NCBI GenBank assembly: GCA_963792415.1
Contig: CAWBVY010000004.1
Location: forward strand, 608,001 to 672,000
Length of the DNA: 64,000 nucleotides
Direction of reading: 5' to 3'
Origin: Candidatus Deferrimicrobiaceae bacterium
Lineage (GTDB): Bacteria; Desulfobacterota; Deferrimicrobia; Deferrimicrobiales; Deferrimicrobiaceae
Both the position numbers and the translations under genes were made by a program. The notes under the pieces were generated by a model, which was not told the DNA's origin, searched no databases, and worked only from the letters and a program-made list of their open reading frames with translations. This document shows, one piece after another, positions 47,853 through 58,103 of the stretch. How positions within the stretch are numbered: the stretch's first letter is position 1; each line of letters starts with the position of its first letter.

Positions 47853-49909
47853 TCGAGAGACTCAAGCGGTGGTGGAAATCGATGGGGGGGAGCCGCCACC
47901 CCGTCGTGCTGGTCCTCGCGATCGTTATCGGGCTCCTGATCGTCTTCAACGGGGCCTTCTTCGTGTCGGCGTACTTCCCCGGCTCCTGCCGGGCGTGCCA
48001 CTACATGGACCCCTACGTCGACCAGTGGCAGGCCTCCGCGCACGCGGACGTAACGTGCATCAAGTGCCACCACTTCTCGCCCGTCTTCATCACGGTGACC
48101 ACCCTCAAGTACTGGACGGGGCTCTACAACCCGCGGCCGCGCGCCGACGTGAGAGACGCCGCGTGCCTTGCGAACGGATGCCACGCGGGGCGGATCGAGA
48201 AGGGGAAGGCGAAGCTGGGGAGCATCACCTTCGACCACCAGGACCACATGACGAAGCTGAAGCGCGGCGAGAAGCTGCGCTGCACGAGCTGCCACTACGC
48301 GATCGTCCAGGGGGAGCACATCGTCAAGGGGTCGCACACCCAGGTCGACACCGGCGTCTGCTTCCTGTGCCACTTCAAGGGGATCGGCGCGGGGCAGGCC
48401 CTGGGCGGCTGCCCCGGGTGCCACGGGACCCCCACGAAGGTCGTGGAGCACAGCGGCTTCATGTTCTCGCACGAGTCGTACCTGAAGCTCGGCGTGCCGT
48501 GCAGGCAGTGCCACATCCGGGTGTCCGAGGGGGACGGGAATGTCCAGGACGCCCATTGCTACGACTGCCACGTCGGGAGGCTCGGGAAGAAGGGCGACGT
48601 GCTGGCGATCCACAGGACCCACGTCACCTTCAAGGCGATCCAGTGCTTCAAGTGCCACGAGAGGGTCCGGCACGGGCAGGTCGAGCTGGTGAAGACGTTC
48701 GAGGTCCAGTGCGACGGCTGCCACAAGCGGCTGCACAACTACCAGAAGGAGATGTACATGGGGGCGGGGGCGAAGGGGGTCCCCGACACCCCGTCCCGGA
48801 TGTTCTCGGCGCAGGTGTCGTGCAACGGGTGCCACACCCGTTCCGTCGAGGTGAAGGAGTCCGGCGTGGCGTACCCCGGCGAAAGCAAGCTCGCGGCGGA
48901 GCGGCAAAGCTGCGTCGTGTGCCACGGGAAGCGGTACGACCTGATGCTCGACGACTGGGTCCGCGAATCCCGGGTCCTGGTGGGCGACCTGGAACGGATC
49001 GTGGCGGCCGGGAAGGCGGCTGTCGGGAGCGGGGCGACGACCAACAAGAAGCTTTCCCAGGCGCGGGCGCTCGTCGCGGACGCGCAGGGGAACCTTGCAT
49101 TCCTGCGCGCGGGGCGCGGCTCCCACAACATCGAATACGCCCTCAAGATCGTCCGGGTCGGCTTCGAGCAGGTGACCGCGGCCTTCCGGATGGCGGGTGC
49201 GACGGGCGGTCCGCCGAAACCGGCAATCCTCGCCTCTCCTTCGGCGTATTGCGCCACCCTGTGCCACTCCCGCGTGATGCCGGCGGGCAATGTGTTCTTC
49301 CGGGAGATGGAGCTCCAGTTCCCGCACGCCCTGCACGTGAAGGACGTGGGGATCGAGTGCGCGAAGTGCCACTCCCCCGAAAAGCACAAGATGCGCATCG
49401 TGACGAAGTCCGAGTGCATGAAGTGCCACCACGAGAGCAAGGACATCGACTGCGGGCACTGCCACAAGGCGCAGCAGGCCCTCTACGAGGGGAAGGTGAA
49501 GGCGTACGGCGCGACCCCGGAGCCGGACGTGATGGCGGCCGCGGAAACGAAATGCGTCGAGTGCCACGACCTGAAGAAGGGGACGCAGACGGTGCTGACC
49601 GTCAAGGCGAAGTGCGAGGGGTGCCACGACGCGAAGTACGGAAAGATGCTCCTCGACTGGAAGCAGGCGATTTCGAAGCAGGAAGACACGATCGCCGTGG
49701 CGCTCGAGGAGGCGAAGGAGTACGTCGCCCGCGCCAAGAAGGCCGGAAGGGACGTCTCGAAGGAGGAGACGCTCGTCCGGCAGGCGGACGCGAACTACCA
49801 GGCGGTCTCCGCCGGCCGCGGCGTCCACAACCAAAAGCTCAGCAGGGAGATGCTCCGGGCGGCGAAGTCCAACATCGACAAGGTGCTGGAGGCCAAGCGG
49901 AGCAGGTAA
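47849..49909 (+). CDS. Membrane-anchored multiheme cytochrome c (16 CxxCH plus one CX4CH and one CX3CH), NapC/NirT-like N-terminus
   Basis: N-terminal TM helix, CRACHYM..WQASAH..CIKCH; CLANGCH and CATLCH variants; two helical regions ending GSHN and GVHN. Confidence 0.88.
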   Translation: MIERLKRWWKSMGGSRHPVVLVLAIVIGLLIVFNGAFFVSAYFPGSCRACHYMDPYVDQWQASAHADVTCIKCHHFSPVFITVTTLKYWTGLYNPRPRADVRDAACLANGCHAGRIEKGKAKLGSITFDHQDHMTKLKRGEKLRCTSCHYAIVQGEHIVKGSHTQVDTGVCFLCHFKGIGAGQALGGCPGCHGTPTKVVEHSGFMFSHESYLKLGVPCRQCHIRVSEGDGNVQDAHCYDCHVGRLGKKGDVLAIHRTHVTFKAIQCFKCHERVRHGQVELVKTFEVQCDGCHKRLHNYQKEMYMGAGAKGVPDTPSRMFSAQVSCNGCHTRSVEVKESGVAYPGESKLAAERQSCVVCHGKRYDLMLDDWVRESRVLVGDLERIVAAGKAAVGSGATTNKKLSQARALVADAQGNLAFLRAGRGSHNIEYALKIVRVGFEQVTAAFRMAGATGGPPKPAILASPSAYCATLCHSRVMPAGNVFFREMELQFPHALHVKDVGIECAKCHSPEKHKMRIVTKSECMKCHHESKDIDCGHCHKAQQALYEGKVKAYGATPEPDVMAAAETKCVECHDLKKGTQTVLTVKAKCEGCHDAKYGKMLLDWKQAISKQEDTIAVALEEAKEYVARAKKAGRDVSKEETLVRQADANYQAVSAGRGVHNQKLSREMLRAAKSNIDKVLEAKRSR

Positions 49910-49925
49910 CCGGGCCGGGCAATAG

Positions 49926-49960
49926 GAAACGCCCCGTGGGGTTCCCCACGGGGCGTTTCT
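49926..49960. terminator. Intrinsic terminator between convergent genes
   Basis: GAAACGCCCCGTGGG-loop-CCCACGGGGCGTTTC. Confidence 0.85.
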
Positions 49961-49980
49961 TCATGGTGTGTGCGGGCGGG

Positions 49981-50358
49981 TTACTCCTCCACGAACGTTT
50001 CGTAGTCCTCGGCGTTCATCAGCCGCTCGAGCTCCTCGGGTTCCTCGATCTCGACCTCGACGATCCACCCCTTGCCGTACGGGTCGACGTTGATCACGGA
50101 GGGGTCGTCCCGGATCGCTTCGTTCACGGCCCGGACCGTCCCCGTGACGGGGGAGGAGAGCTCGACCACGGTCTTCTGGGATTCCAGCTCGCTGAACGTG
50201 TCCCCCGGCTCCAGGAACTTGCCGGCCTCGCACAGCGCCGCGGAAAGAATCTCCCCCAGCTGCTCCTGCCCGTAGTCGGAAATGCCGATGCGGGCGGTGG
50301 GTCCCATCTCGAGGACCCAGATGTGATCTTCGGAGAATTTCAGTCCGGTCTCGTCCAT
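49981..50358 (-). CDS. gcvH: Glycine cleavage system H protein
   Basis: FSEDHIWV, IGISDYGQEQLGEI, ESQK (lipoyl Lys), SPVTGTV, NVDPYGKGW. Confidence 0.9.
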   Translation of the reverse strand: MDETGLKFSEDHIWVLEMGPTARIGISDYGQEQLGEILSAALCEAGKFLEPGDTFSELESQKTVVELSSPVTGTVRAVNEAIRDDPSVINVDPYGKGWIVEVEIEEPEELERLMNAEDYETFVEE

Positions 50359-50420
50359 AGAGTGCAGTGTACTTCGGCGCGGGAGGAAATTGTCAATAGA
50401 AGGCGTGAAAAGTTTCCGGA

Positions 50421-52247
50421 TTATTTCCCGAGGACCGCCAGCGCCGTCTCGACGTGCCCCATCGGGGCGCTCACCTGGAAGCCGTTCACGCGGTCCGAGA
50501 TCCTCTCGACGATCCCGCGGGCGATCTCGATCCCCGCCTTCCGGCCGTCCTCCCGGGTCCTGCACCGGGACATCCGCTCGAGGATCGCCTTCGGCACGAC
50601 CACGCCGGGGACCTCGTTGTTCATGAACTCGGCGTTCTTGAAGCTGATGAGCGGCCACACCCCCGCGAGCACGGGGATCTTCCGCCGGTAGGTCTCGACG
50701 CGGTCCAGGAACCGCAGCAGCGCCTCGGGATCGAACACCGGCTGGGTGATGGCGAATTCCGCCCCCGCGTCGATCTTCCGGTAGTACCGCTCGATCTCGC
50801 GCTCCAGGTCCACCGCGCACGGGTTGGCGCCCACGCCGATGAAGAGGCCCGTGGGCGGATCGATCGGGTTCCCCCCGATGTCCAGCCCGCGGTTCAGGTT
50901 GGCCGCCACCTGCACCAGCCCGATCGCGTCGACGTCGAAGACGCCGGTCACGTCGGGGTACTCCCCGAGCTTCGGCGGGTCCCCGGTGATGATGAGGAAG
51001 TTGGCCAGCTTCGCGGCGTACCCCCCCAGCAGGTCGGACTGCATCCCGATCAGGTTCCGGTCGCGGCAGCAGTAGTGGAGGATCGGCTCGATCCCGACCT
51101 GCTGCAGGATGGTGAGGGCGGAGATCATCGGGGAGACCCGGGCGCTCGCCCGGGGGCCGTCGGGGATGTTGATCGCGTCAACGCCGGCCTCCGCGCACTT
51201 CCGCGCCCTGTCGAGCAGCGCGGTCATGTCGCTCGATTTCGGCGGGACGAGCTCCACCGACGTCACCTTCTCCCCCGCGCACATCTTCGCCGCGAGGCGG
51301 GACTTCCGCTCGGTCGGCACCGCGTAGACCAGCGACTCCTGCCGGAGGAGCGGTTTCACTTCCACGCGCCGCTTCCCGACGCGCAGCGGCTTGACAGCCC
51401 GCGCCGCCATCCGTATGTGCGCGGGCGTCGTCCCGCAGCACCCCCCCACGCCCCGGACCCCCAGTTCGATGTACTTCTTGGCGTACTCGGTGAAGTATTC
51501 AGGGCTCGTCAGGTAGATCACCCGCCCGCTGATCTCCCGGGGCATCCCCGCGTTCGGCATGACGACCACCGGTTTCCCGGTGTGGGGGAGGACCGCCTGT
51601 AGCGCGTCGAAGGCGCCGGAAGGGCCCGTGCCGCAGTTGATCCCGACGATGTCGACGTTGGCGTCGGCGGAAAGCGCCGCCGCCATCGTCTCCGCCCGCA
51701 TCCCCAGCGCGGTCTCCCCCCGGTCGTTGAGGACGAAGGAGGCGAGAACCGGTTTGCCGAACTCCTTCCCCACCCGCGCGGCGAGCTGGAGTTCGTTCAG
51801 GTTGGAGAAGGTCTCGAGGAGGAAAAGGTCCACCCCCTCCGCCGCGAGGGCCTCCATCTGGGTCCGGAACGCCGCCTCGACCTCGGGGGCGAAGGCGTCG
51901 GGCATCCGCTGCCGGGACTCGGTGCACGGGCCGACCGAGCCCGCGACGAAGACCTCGTCCCCCGCCGCCTCCCGCGCCAGCCGGACGCCGGCGCGGTTGA
52001 TCGCCTCCGTCTTCTCCGCGAGGCCGTACGGCTTGAGCCGGATGGGGTTGGCGCCGAAGGTGTTCGTCTCGATCACCTCGGCCCCGGCCTCCACGTAGTC
52101 GCGGTGGATCTGGAGGACGAGTTTCGCGTTCGTGAGGCACAGCTCGTCGTAGCAGGTGTTGATGAACACCCCGCGGTCGTAGATCACCGTTCCCACGGCG
52201 CCGTCGAAGATGAGCGGCGCCTTCTTCATGCGCGCGAGGAGGTCCAG
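50421..52247 (-). CDS. Bifunctional homocysteine S-methyltransferase/methylenetetrahydrofolate reductase (YitJ-like); start CTG 52247 or ATG 52229
   Basis: [33 protein letters not shown]; then VELVPP, INIPDGPRA, CRDRNLIGMQSDL, TGDPP, ITQPVF. Confidence 0.9.
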   Translation of the reverse strand: MDLLARMKKAPLIFDGAVGTVIYDRGVFINTCYDELCLTNAKLVLQIHRDYVEAGAEVIETNTFGANPIRLKPYGLAEKTEAINRAGVRLAREAAGDEVFVAGSVGPCTESRQRMPDAFAPEVEAAFRTQMEALAAEGVDLFLLETFSNLNELQLAARVGKEFGKPVLASFVLNDRGETALGMRAETMAAALSADANVDIVGINCGTGPSGAFDALQAVLPHTGKPVVVMPNAGMPREISGRVIYLTSPEYFTEYAKKYIELGVRGVGGCCGTTPAHIRMAARAVKPLRVGKRRVEVKPLLRQESLVYAVPTERKSRLAAKMCAGEKVTSVELVPPKSSDMTALLDRARKCAEAGVDAINIPDGPRASARVSPMISALTILQQVGIEPILHYCCRDRNLIGMQSDLLGGYAAKLANFLIITGDPPKLGEYPDVTGVFDVDAIGLVQVAANLNRGLDIGGNPIDPPTGLFIGVGANPCAVDLEREIERYYRKIDAGAEFAITQPVFDPEALLRFLDRVETYRRKIPVLAGVWPLISFKNAEFMNNEVPGVVVPKAILERMSRCRTREDGRKAGIEIARGIVERISDRVNGFQVSAPMGHVETALAVLGK

Positions 52248-52249
52248 GG

Positions 52250-52411
52250 CTACTCCAGTTCGTCGAACGAGGATTTCGGGGCGTAGCACATCGGGCAGAT
52301 CCACCCCGGGGGCAGGTCGTCGAACGCCGTCCCCGGCGGAATCCCGTTCATCGGATCCCCGGCCGCCGGATCGTAGACGTAGCCGCAGTTCGTGCAGATG
52401 TATTTTTTGAT
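52250..52411 (-). CDS. Rubredoxin with ATC start codon (not in the ORF track)
   Basis: AAGGAGG plus 6 nt, then ATC; (M)[52 protein letters not shown]. Confidence 0.9.
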   Translation of the reverse strand: MKKYICTNCGYVYDPAAGDPMNGIPPGTAFDDLPPGWICPMCYAPKSSFDELE

Positions 52412-52424
52412 GGCCCGCCTCCTT

Positions 52425-55400
52425 CTACACCGCGAAATATTTCGCCTGGGGGTGGTGGACGACGATCGCCGAGGTGGTCTGCTCGGGCACCATCTCCATC
52501 GACTCGGTGAGCGTCACGCCGATCCGGCCCGGGTCGAGCAGCTCGAACACCCCCGTGTGCGCCGAGAGGTCCGGGCAGGAGGGGTACCCGAAGCCGTAGC
52601 GGGACCCCTGGTACTCCTGGACGACGTACCCGGAGAAGGCGGCCGGCCGTTCCCCGGAGATTCCGAGCTCGCGGCGCATGACCTCGTGCCAGTGCTCGGC
52701 CAGGGCGTCGGTGACCTCGACCCCGAAGGCGTGGAGCATCAGGTAGTCGTGGTACCGGTCCGACGTGAAGAGCTCCTGCGTCGCCCGGGCCATCTCCTCC
52801 CCGATGGTCGCCACGAAGAAGCCGGCGACGTCCCCCCCCTCTTCCCGCGTCCGGAAATAGTCCGCGATGCACAGGTGCGGCGGGTTCTTCTGCCGGGGGA
52901 AGGGAAAGGGCCACGTGCGCCCGTCGTGCTCCACCACGAGGGTGTCCCCATCCGCGAAGGCGCGGAACCAGCCGTAGGCGACCTTCGGCGCGAGGATCTT
53001 CTCCTCCACGCCGCGCCGCTTCAACTCTTCATACATGGGACGGACCTTCCCCCGCACCAGTTCCTCGTACGCCTCGGCGGTCATCTTTCCCCGGCGGTAC
53101 CCCCACCGCCCGCGGAAGAGGGCCTGCTCGTTGACGTAGGGGAACAGTTCCTTCGGGTCGATCCCGGCGACGTGGCGCGCTCCGAGGAACGGCGCCGGAG
53201 GGACCGGGTTGTCCCGGGCGACGGCCGCTCCCCGCGGGCCGGGAACCATGGCCGGGGCGGTTCCGGCCACGTCGAAGACCGTGGACGAAAGGGTCCCCCC
53301 GTCGATCCGGCGCATCGCCGACAGTCCGGCGAACGCGTCGGCGCAATAGACCACCGGGCCCGGGTACCCGGGGACACACTCCTGCGCCACGAACTTCTCC
53401 GTGAGGGCCGCACCCCCGAGGAGGACGGGGACGCGAAGCCCCGCGGCGGCGAACTGCGGCAGGTTCTCCCGCATCACGAGGGCGGATTTCACCAGCAGCC
53501 CCGACAGGCCGATCGCGTCCACCCCGAGCTCCCGCGCCTTTTCGATGATCGTCTCCGCCGGTACCTTGATCCCGAGGTTGAACACGCGGTACCCGTTGTT
53601 CGAGAGGATGATGTCGACCAGGTTCTTCCCGATGTCGTGCACGTCCCCGGCCACGGTGGCCAGCAGGATCCGGCGCCCCTCCTCGCGCTCCGCCTTCTCC
53701 ATGAAGGGGGCGAGGGTGTCGACGGACCGCTTCATCACCTCGGCGGACTGGAGGACGAAGGGGAGGAGCATCTCGCCCCTCCCGAAGAGCTCCCCGACCT
53801 TGCGCATTGCCGGCACCAGCAGCTGGTTGATGATCGACGCCGCCGGCCGGCGCGACAGGAGGATATGGAGAAGATCCTCCAGCCCTTCCTTGTCTCCCGC
53901 CACCACCTTTTCCGCCAGTTCCTCTTCCGGGGGGATCGCGGGGAGGTTCTTGTCCCCGGCGGACTCCTCCTTCACGGGCTTCGCGTCCGAGAAATGGCGG
54001 AGGAAGGCGGAGAGGGGGGACTCCGTGCCGCTCCCCCGGCGGTCGTAAATCAGGTCCAGGCAGACCTCCCGGTCGGCATCGGGGATCCTCGACATCGGCA
54101 GGACCTTCGCCGCGTCGATGATCGCCGTGTCGAGCCCGGCCGCGATCGCCTCGTGCAGGAAGACGGAGTTCAGCACCCGGCGGGAGGCGGGGGAGAGGCC
54201 GAAGGAGATGTTGCTCACGCCGAGCAGCGTGAACGCGCCGGGGAGCTCCTCCTTCACCCGCCGGATCGCCGCGAGGGTGTTCGCGGCGGCGTCGACGAGG
54301 GTCGCATCCCCCGATCCGATGGTGAAGGTGAGAACGTCGAAGAGGAGGTCCGAAGGGCGCAGCCCGTACCGGTGCACGGCGAGGTCGTGGATCTCCCTCG
54401 CGGTCGCGACCTTCTCCTCGACCGTCAACGCCATCCCCTTCTCGTGGATGGTGAGGGCGATGACCGCCGCCCCGTACGTTCTCGCCAGCCGGCAGACGCG
54501 CTCGAGGTTCTTCCCGCCGTCCTCGAGGTTCACCGAGTTGACGAGGCACCTCCCGGGGTGGATCTTCAGCGCCGCCTCGATGCAGTCGGGGGTGGTCGAG
54601 TCGATCACCATCGGGATCTGGACCGACTGCGCGAAGAGCCGCACCATGGCTTCGATGTCCGCCTTCTCGTCCCTCCCCGCGTACGCCGTGCACAGGTCCA
54701 CGGCATGGGCGCCGTCTTCCTGCTGTTCAAGAGCGACCCGCAGCGCCCCCGGGTAGTCGTCCGCGAGGAGCAGGTCCCGGAACCGCCTCGAGCCGTTCGC
54801 GTTGCACCGCTCCCCGATGAGGAACGGGGGAATCTCCTGGCGGATCTCGGCGGCCTGGTAGAGGCTGGAAAGCGACGGCTTCTCCACCACGTTCCGCGTC
54901 GCCGGGGCGACCCCGTCGAGCGCCTCGCGGAGTTTCCGGATGTGCTCGGGCGTCGTGCCGCAGCACCCGCCGACGATCGAGACCCCGTCGTCTCGGACGA
55001 AAGCGGAAAGCTGCGCGGCGAACGCCTCGGGCGAAAGAGGGTAATGGGTTTTCCCGTCGCGCACCTGCGGGATCCCGGCGTTGGGGATGCAGGAGACGCG
55101 GCCACGATAGTGGCGGCAAAGGTAGCGGAGGTGGGAGGTCATCCCCTCGGGGCCGGTGGCGCAGTTGAGCCCGATCGAGAAGACGGGGAACGGCTCGATC
55201 GCGGCCAGGGCGGCGGCGACGTCGGTCCCCACCAGCATCGTCCCGGTGTTCTCGATCGTGATCGAGACCATCACGGGGACGTCCCGCTTCATCCGCTCCA
55301 GTGTCCCGAAGCAGGAGACGAGCGCGATCTTGATCTGCAGCAGGTCCTGGCACGTCTCGAGGATCAGGAGGTCGGCCCCGGCCTCGACGAGCGCGCGCGC

Positions 55401-55805
55401 CTGCTCCGAGAAGGCGGCCGCCATCGGCTCGAAGGCGACATGTCCCAGCGACGGGAGCTTCGTGGTGGGCCCGATGGAACCCGCCACGTAGGCGGACCCG
55501 CCGTGCCGACGGATCGCCTCGCGGGCGTTTCCGACCGCCGCCCGGTTGATCTCCGCGACGCGGTCGGCCAGTCCGTACTCCGCGAGAACGATCGCGCTGG
55601 CGCCGAAGGTGTTCGTCTCGAGCACCGTCGCCCCCGCGGAGAGGAAGGAGGAGTGCCACTCCCGGATCACCTCCGGGGCGGAAACATTGAGGAATTCGTT
55701 GCACCCGTCCCGTCCCTCCCAGGCGGACACGGGGATCTCCATCCGCTGCAGGTTCGTCCCGCACGCCCCGTCGAAAAACAGGAGGTTTTCGTCCCGGATC
55801 GCCAT
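52425..55805 (-). CDS. metH: Cobalamin-dependent methionine synthase
   Basis: [61 protein letters not shown]. Confidence 0.95.
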   Translation of the reverse strand: MAIRDENLLFFDGACGTNLQRMEIPVSAWEGRDGCNEFLNVSAPEVIREWHSSFLSAGATVLETNTFGASAIVLAEYGLADRVAEINRAAVGNAREAIRRHGGSAYVAGSIGPTTKLPSLGHVAFEPMAAAFSEQARALVEAGADLLILETCQDLLQIKIALVSCFGTLERMKRDVPVMVSITIENTGTMLVGTDVAAALAAIEPFPVFSIGLNCATGPEGMTSHLRYLCRHYRGRVSCIPNAGIPQVRDGKTHYPLSPEAFAAQLSAFVRDDGVSIVGGCCGTTPEHIRKLREALDGVAPATRNVVEKPSLSSLYQAAEIRQEIPPFLIGERCNANGSRRFRDLLLADDYPGALRVALEQQEDGAHAVDLCTAYAGRDEKADIEAMVRLFAQSVQIPMVIDSTTPDCIEAALKIHPGRCLVNSVNLEDGGKNLERVCRLARTYGAAVIALTIHEKGMALTVEEKVATAREIHDLAVHRYGLRPSDLLFDVLTFTIGSGDATLVDAAANTLAAIRRVKEELPGAFTLLGVSNISFGLSPASRRVLNSVFLHEAIAAGLDTAIIDAAKVLPMSRIPDADREVCLDLIYDRRGSGTESPLSAFLRHFSDAKPVKEESAGDKNLPAIPPEEELAEKVVAGDKEGLEDLLHILLSRRPAASIINQLLVPAMRKVGELFGRGEMLLPFVLQSAEVMKRSVDTLAPFMEKAEREEGRRILLATVAGDVHDIGKNLVDIILSNNGYRVFNLGIKVPAETIIEKARELGVDAIGLSGLLVKSALVMRENLPQFAAAGLRVPVLLGGAALTEKFVAQECVPGYPGPVVYCADAFAGLSAMRRIDGGTLSSTVFDVAGTAPAMVPGPRGAAVARDNPVPPAPFLGARHVAGIDPKELFPYVNEQALFRGRWGYRRGKMTAEAYEELVRGKVRPMYEELKRRGVEEKILAPKVAYGWFRAFADGDTLVVEHDGRTWPFPFPRQKNPPHLCIADYFRTREEGGDVAGFFVATIGEEMARATQELFTSDRYHDYLMLHAFGVEVTDALAEHWHEVMRRELGISGERPAAFSGYVVQEYQGSRYGFGYPSCPDLSAHTGVFELLDPGRIGVTLTESMEMVPEQTTSAIVVHHPQAKYFAV

Positions 55806-55916
55806 TGCTCCTCCGCCGATAAGTGCTTAATCTTAGAATAGAAATCACCCAGAGTCAAACGGCTTTTCTTTCCCCTTGACTTCGCGGATCCTTTCCTGCT
55901 AAGTAGATACTATCCG

Positions 55917-55931
55917 TGTATACCGTATACA
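55917..55931. promoter_or_regulatory. Perfect palindromic operator, GntR-like
   Basis: TGTATACCGTATACA upstream of citrate synthase, downstream of TTGACT at 55876. Confidence 0.7.
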
Positions 55932-56144
55932 ATTCACAGCTCTGATCTCACGGACAGGCGATTAGGCGCAATTGATTTCGATTCCCGGTTCCGACCCGAA
56001 GTTTACGCATAATCATTGCGAAAGGAGGGTTCTGGAAGCCAACCGCGGGGGAATCGTCGCTGTTCCCTTGCCCAGACAACCCGAAAGGAGGCAGGGACCA
56101 TGGCACCGGTCGCAGAAAAAGCCGACGAAAGGAGAAGTACGAAC

Positions 56145-57464
56145 GTGTCGAACCTAAAGGCGAAACTCTTGGAGAAGATCCAGGCCCACCGTCCGCGCAC
56201 GACGAAACTGGTCAAGGAGCAGGGGAAGATCGTCATCGACCAGGTGACCATCGACCAGTGCATCGGCGGTGCCCGCGACGTCCGCTGCCTCGTGACCGAC
56301 ATTTCCTACCTCGACCCGCAGGAGGGGATCCGGTTCCGCGGCAAGACGATTCCCGAGACGTTCGCGGCGTTGCCGAAGGTGCCGGGATCCGAGTACCCCT
56401 ACGTCGAAGGGTTCTGGTACTTCCTGATGACGGGAGACGTGCCGACGAAAGAGGAGGCGCTGGCGGTCGCCGAGGACTTCAAGGCCCGCGCCGGTGTTCC
56501 CCAGTACGTGTTCGACGTCCTCCGCGCGATGCCGCGCGACACGCACCCGATGACCATGTTCTCCGCCGCGATCCTGTCGATGCAGCGGGAGTCCCTCTTC
56601 GTGAAGCGGTACAACGAGGGGATGAAGAAGACCGAGTACTGGGACCCGATGTACGAAGACTGCACGAACATCATGGCGAGGCTCCCCGAGATCGCGGCGT
56701 ACATCTACCGGATGAAGTACAAGGCCGACACGCCGATCGCCCCGAACCCGAAGCTCGACCTGGGCGGGAACTTCGCGCACATGATGGGGTTCTCCAAGCC
56801 GTACGACGACGTGGCGCGGATGTACTTCATCCTCCACTCCGACCACGAGTCCGGCAACGTCTCGGCGCACACGACGCACCTCGTCGCCTCGGCGCTCTCC
56901 GACGCCTACTACTCCCTGTCGGCCGGCATCAACGGCCTGGCGGGCCCCCTCCACGGCCTGGCGAACCAGGAAGTCCTCAGCTGGATCCAGGATGTCTTCA
57001 AGCAGCTGGGCGGGAAGCTCCCGACCGAGGAGGAGCTCAAGAAGTTCCTGTGGGACACGCTGAACAGCGGGAAGGTCATCCCCGGCTACGGCCACGCGGT
57101 GCTCCGCAAGACCGACCCGCGGTACACCTCGCAGATGGAGTTCTGCCAGAAGAACCTGCCGGACTACCCGATGTTCAAGCTGGTGAACATGATCTACAAG
57201 GTCGCGCCGGACATCCTCCGGGAGCACGGGAAGGCGAAGAACCCGTGGCCGAACGTCGACGCGCAGTCGGGCGTCATCCAGTGGTACTACGGCCTCACCG
57301 AGTACGACTTCTACACCGTGCTCTTCGGCGTAGGCCGGGCCCTCGGCGTCCTGGCGAACATCACCTGGGATCGGGCGCTGGGATACGCGCTCGAGCGTCC
57401 GAAGTCGGTCACGACCGACATGCTCGAGAAGTGGGCCGCCGAAGGGGGCCGCAAGCTCGCGTAA
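56145..57464 (+). CDS. gltA: Citrate synthase, eukaryote-like Geobacteraceae type; alternative start ATG 56100
   Basis: QCIGGARD, SYLDPQEGIRFRG, HSDHESGNVSAH, AGPLHGLANQEV, PGYGHAVLRKTDPR, NPWPNVDAQSG. Confidence 0.95.
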   Translation: MSNLKAKLLEKIQAHRPRTTKLVKEQGKIVIDQVTIDQCIGGARDVRCLVTDISYLDPQEGIRFRGKTIPETFAALPKVPGSEYPYVEGFWYFLMTGDVPTKEEALAVAEDFKARAGVPQYVFDVLRAMPRDTHPMTMFSAAILSMQRESLFVKRYNEGMKKTEYWDPMYEDCTNIMARLPEIAAYIYRMKYKADTPIAPNPKLDLGGNFAHMMGFSKPYDDVARMYFILHSDHESGNVSAHTTHLVASALSDAYYSLSAGINGLAGPLHGLANQEVLSWIQDVFKQLGGKLPTEEELKKFLWDTLNSGKVIPGYGHAVLRKTDPRYTSQMEFCQKNLPDYPMFKLVNMIYKVAPDILREHGKAKNPWPNVDAQSGVIQWYYGLTEYDFYTVLFGVGRALGVLANITWDRALGYALERPKSVTTDMLEKWAAEGGRKLA

Positions 57465-57489
57465 TCGACACCGCCGGAAACGCGGTAAC

Positions 57490-57517
57490 GAAAAGGGGGC
57501 CGAAAGGCCCCCTTTTC
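57490..57517. terminator. Intrinsic terminator
   Basis: GAAAAGGGGGCC-GAAA-GGCCCCCTTTTC. Confidence 0.88.
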
Positions 57518-57576
57518 ATTACGCAACCGATACCCGCCGCAGAGAGATCCTTGAAGCGGAGCGTCCCCCGTTCCGT

Positions 57577-57972
57577 TCAGTTCGCCGCCGCCTCGCACCC
57601 GGAACAGGAGCCGATGACGTGCAGGTCGACGAGGGAAACGGCCGAGATCTTCTCCTCCGCCTCGAAACGAAGACTCTCGAGGGCCGGGGGCAGCGGGATG
57701 TCGACCAGCGCGCTGCAGCGGAGGCAATGGAAGTGGGCGTGGGGGGTGTCCATCCCGTCGAAGCGGGAGGAGCCTCCTTCGCTGGGCCGGATCTCCCGCA
57801 AGGTCCCCTGGTCCCGAAGGAAGTTCAGGTTCCGGTAGACGGTCCCCAGGCTGATGTTGGGGAGCACCCGGCGAGCTTCCCGATAGATCGTCTCGGCGGT
57901 GGGGTGCTCGCACGACGCTCTCACGATGTCGAGAATGACACCGCGCTGGCGGGTGTTCCGGGTCTTCTTCAT
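57577..57972 (-). CDS. Fur family regulator, PerR-like
   Basis: TRQR, HPTAETIY, ISLGTVYRNL, HAHFHCLRC, CSGC. Confidence 0.9.
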   Translation of the reverse strand: MKKTRNTRQRGVILDIVRASCEHPTAETIYREARRVLPNISLGTVYRNLNFLRDQGTLREIRPSEGGSSRFDGMDTPHAHFHCLRCSALVDIPLPPALESLRFEAEEKISAVSLVDLHVIGSCSGCEAAAN

Positions 57973-58103
57973 GGATATTCCTTTATAAGTGGAGTACAGG
58001 AATGTATCCTATGTATACGAAAAAAGATTGTCAAGACGATTGAAACCTTGCGGCGAATCCGTTATATAGGGTCGTTGAGGCAGATCGACCGAAGGAGGAT
58101 TCC

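Noticed and set aside
52392-55841. 1149-aa plus-strand ORF
   Set aside because: Antisense shadow of metH.
55806-55915. SAM or cobalamin riboswitch before metH (also checked before nrdJ)
   Set aside because: No recognisable S-box or B12-box consensus; both leaders are short.
57992-58018. Fourth GTATAC operator before the Fur-family gene
   Set aside because: Only a half-site (TGTATAC) with the wrong spacing to a partner.
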